Both the position numbers and the translations under genes were made by a program. Below, piece after piece: positions 60,155 to 64,000 of a stretch of 64,000 nt of DNA. Below the pieces are notes generated by a model, which made no database searches, had not been told where the DNA came from, and worked only from the letters and a program-made list of their open reading frames with translations. Where the stretch lies: the NCBI GenBank assembly GCA_010909165.1, contig MU008183.1:930001-994000 (forward strand). Direction: 5' to 3'. Each line of letters opens with the position of its first letter. Positions within the stretch are counted from its first letter, which is position 1. The DNA comes from Anthoceros angustus (Eukaryota; Plantae; Anthocerotophyta).

Positions 60155-61399
60155 TTTATGCCTAGATCAGCATGTCGCTTACTATGACCAACTGCAGAAC
60201 AACCGTTAGATAGTTGCAGCTACATTTGTGTGTATTAATTCTCCTCATTGTATCAGTAAAGCATCCTGTATTCTAGATTCCAATTGCCTCTTTAGGAAGC
60301 TAGAGGGCACATTGTGCGCCAGTCTCTTTCTCACGAAGGGAGTCCAGATGGTATTTGAAGACAACAAGGGATTCGATGTGCTGGTAATGATCGATAATGC
60401 GGTCGGGACGGGGGCCAGCCATATCATGCTGCAGTTTTCCAATAGGCTAGGTGTGGAAAGTTTGGAAGATGCCAATTATGAGGATGAGGATGATCCATGG
60501 AGACAGCTCAAAGACTGGCTGGAGAATATGTTACAAGGGGATGAGCTTGCCCAACCTGGTGACAAAATTAAAGACATGGTCTCGTCATGTTCCGTACACA
60601 AAGACCTTCTACAGTGCATCCTAGACGCCGAGGGGCAAGCGTGGAGTGTGACACAAAAGGATTGAATTAGGTGCTCCCTTGCCCGATATTTTATGTGCAT
60701 CTGGTTAGAAAAGAGGTTTCTCTGACAAAAAGGGGTTATGGCTAAGATCCTATCTTTTTCTTGGGCAAAAACGTGCATTTTCTTTTTTTTTTAGGCTTGG
60801 GCATTCAAACCCCCGGCGCCACGCCTTGCATGTTCATTTGGTCACACTACGCCGTACCCGTGGTCATTTGGTCACAACAGCGTCTGTTCTGAAAGGGGTT
60901 TCTCCTGTCAAAAGGGGTTTTGGAAAAATCCCAACCCTATTCCGCCGAAAACCGAAGCTGGGTTGGTTTTTGTTGAGTTTTGTAGGTGTTCATCCATCGG
61001 ATTCGGCATTCTCCCCGGACCACTTCCTCGTCCGTCATTTACATGGTGGCGCCTTGCACTCGTGTTCATGGATAATTTGTTGTGATGAAGGCGGACCGAA
61101 TTCTTCCATAATTTCGCATGTCAAGAGTTTCGCAATTTGTGTGGTTCTATATGTTTTGTATACTGCGGGGCTAGCTAAGCGCGCCTAAACAAGGGTATGC
61201 GAAACTTGTGCGCACAAGGCAAAACGAAAACATCAACCGAGGGAAATATGTCTTCTTGAGGTCCGTGGATGTGGCGGAAGCCCGACATAAGAAGTTGCAC
61301 AACCCACGCCCACATAGACACACCTCATCTATCTACCCTATGCCCTAAAGCTACGAAGAATACCCTATCACCTTTCTATCCTCTACGGTGTTTCCGCCT

Positions 61400-64000
61400 C
61401 CTTCGACGGTGACCTTGTGCCGATCATCATCAAACATGCCTTCAAAAGCACCAGAGTCCCTGCCTGCTCGCCGGTTCTTGTTGCGATTGGCCGAACCGAA
61501 GTGATGTTCATCCTGCCCGCTTGTCGAACTACACCACCCTTATTTCGGATTTTCGCCAAATCATCATTTTCCTCCAATGCATCTCCTCCGAACTTGGTGG
61601 TCTCGTGTATCTTCAACCCTATTACCTTCTTCCACGGTAGATGTTGAAGTTCGAATTTTTGTCTTGATAAGCTCCTGTACGGACTTGTAGAGTGCTATCC
61701 TTGCAAAGGAGAACCCAGATGCCAAAATAAATGTCTCCGATATCAACATCCAGTGCTTGGTCGCCTCCGTTGTCGCAAACCCTCTCTATCACTGTGTGGA
61801 GCCAATATCTCCTCCGTAGGTACCTTCCTCAAACGCATTGCTATTCTCTCGTCACCCACCACGGACAACTAGGTAAGGTTCGCCACATAAGAAATCCAAG
61901 TCTTGACTGCAATCCGAGAAAGGCCTGTTACGATCGTCATCTCACATGGGACGCAATCATATGGCCTCCTCGATCTCGACATATCCCCATCGAATCTCGC
62001 CAACTCGATGGTCGCTCCCGGGCCTAAAATTCCAGATACATGTGACGCGTTGCGGTTCGCGAATCGAGCCGAATGACAAAGACATCCGGAACGATGGGAT
62101 TTAAGTTCCGCCCGCCCTCGTTGTACCACTCCCATGCTTTTGAAGATCTCGATGGACTCCTCCGATTTTGTCGCAAATATCGATCGTGATGCCCGTAACG
62201 AGTTCCACCATACTTTGTCTTCCGAGATAGATATTTTTGCATCGGTTCTTCGAGGGCTTTCCTAATGGCTCAATGATTTATGCGGGTCTGCCCCGGTTTG
62301 CCATGCTTGAAGTGGACATAAAGGCGCCCCTTATATCTGCTTTCTGTATTCAAGGAACTCCAAACCTCCAACGGTTCCCAATGTGCAAGTAGAAAGTGCC
62401 TTGCCAAAGAATCATATGGTTCGCCGCCTCTTTCTTCCCTTGAAATTTTGAATTGATGTCGATAACTATGATTGTGCAAATTCCTCACGCATCTCGTCCT
62501 CTTTACCCATCCCATTGGGCCGATAAAGCTCGAAATCGCCACCCTAAACCATTTTCACTTCGGATTGGGTGTATAAGCGATGAATCAAACTCATAAGGGT
62601 TTCGAGTGACATTGCTTTTTGTGCCTCGAGACTTTTAGAAAAGCATGAGAACATTTGATCAATCGCATCATGTGTGTGCCCGACAAGAAGGAAGCCCACC
62701 TTCACCTTATCAAGACCCGCTTCGACAAGCATACTCAAGTATGCAAACAACAACATATTCTTGTTTTCTCGCCGTGTTGTCCAGTTGCAAGTAAAACGCC
62801 TTCGCGTCCTCATAGGTGAGAATAACATCCGGATGATATGAATAGTTGTTGGCGCTGCTCCAATATTCGGAAGTTCACAAACACCGGTCTTCATAATGTT
62901 GTTGTATACCAAACAACCCACAACATGGACCCGATGAGACCATCCGCAAAACCTTTGAGGGTGAAAATGGGAGCCTTGCTTTGGTCCATCCGTCTATCGC
63001 CATTCAATGTATTTGCTCGGTTGGCCTTTACACTTCAAACGTGTTTTGCAAGTTTTAGTCGCCCGCTTGATCGCCGACCGATGTTCACGAGGTGCCGCCA
63101 GACCTCACAAAAAATGGATCACATGGTCGATTGACCTTGGTAGCGCACCGCATGACCGACCGGCGCAGACCAAGATTTCTGCGCGCGCAAGTGTGCGCGC
63201 CTGGGCGCACAAGGCAGCACCCACGCGCGGGCGCGCACAAGGCAGACCACCGCGGTGCGCCGCGCGCGCCCCGCCAGACCGCGGCCCCGGTGCGGCCAGG
63301 CGCGCACTCAGCCCCACTGCGGCGCGCACGTGTGGGCGGCGTTCGCACTAAGCGCTTGGAGTGCTCATGATTCCATGGAAGTCAAAAAGGAAACTCGGAT
63401 ATGAAATACCTTGTTCTTGTCGCTGTTGGTCATCTCGATGGTCGCCTTCAACGCTTCGCATTGGACGATTTTGAAAACGGCTACACTTTGGTATCTTCAC
63501 TTTTGGAAAATGTTTCTTCCATAAGGCATGTATGAGAATGAGACGTTGGTCAAACCAGCCTTGAAACCTCCCGCTTGTAGTCCCGAATATCTCCTTTGGT
63601 ATATGAATCGCAAGTTGAAAATCAAACATTGGCATTCGCTCACCGTTTGAAAAACTTTTCCATCCAAGCAATGCATTCCGTAACATGATCTTCGCCATGC
63701 CCTGAACTTCAATTCGATGACCATGGTGTGTTCGTTAGTACTGCTTCAAATGTTCATACCTTCGCCATCCAATGCGTAACACTTTTCAAAACTTCAGACA
63801 CAACATTGCAATCACTGCCTCAGAGAAAATTGAGAACATTGCATCAAAGAGGTTGCTTGTTCTACCTCGAGCAATCCTTGCAAATATATTTCCGCCGTTT
63901 CGAGGCAATCCCAAGAAGCGATATCTCGAGGCTCTATATTCTTCTTTCCCAATTGCAGTAAACAACCTGCTGCTACAGAATGCTAAGACCATGCTATGTA
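61400..64000 (-). mobile_element. DUF7869-type (Sola-like) DDE/D transposase pseudogene
   Basis: Across frameshifts: LWKKHFPKVKIP..RF, IDG/MDQSK, YLQLDNT/RENKN, VGFLLVGHTHDAIDQMFS. Confidence 0.7.

Noticed and set aside
1-64000. tRNA, rRNA or snRNA genes
   Set aside because: No cloverleaf/T-loop context or conserved RNA sequence recognised by eye; a covariance-model scan would be needed to exclude them.

Overview
Eukaryotic nuclear DNA from a seed-free land plant, most consistent with a hornwort (inferred from WW-type and KP/DRH-type DYW domains, a centriolar POC1 gene and short GC-rich introns). 1-29.9 kb is a nest of decayed transposons: two inverted copies of a coiled-coil retroelement ORF, an internally deleted Ty1/copia element with both LTRs and PBS, two PIF/Harbinger remnants, and a short LTR interrupted by a TA-flanked MITE and a CACTA-like element with CCCTA termini. 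A 2.55-kb tandem duplication there may be an assembly artefact. 30-55 kb is a compact gene island: a very long PLS-class PPR gene, a convergent DYW remnant, NF-YB, Alfin-like PHD, LPAT4/5-like acyltransferase, steroid 5-alpha-reductase-like, POC1, BLISTER-like and MND1. 55.3-64 kb is again TE debris (CRE-like LINE, copia RT, DUF7869/Sola-like transposase). Most notable: the PPR gene has an intact RNA-binding array but its WW-type DYW domain has lost the HxE active site. It ends 50 nt from an opposite-strand, PPR-less E1-E2-DYW module of the KP/DRH (U-to-C-associated) type that keeps HxE and CxxC but is frame-disrupted in this assembly. All family assignments are from manual motif recognition, not database searches.
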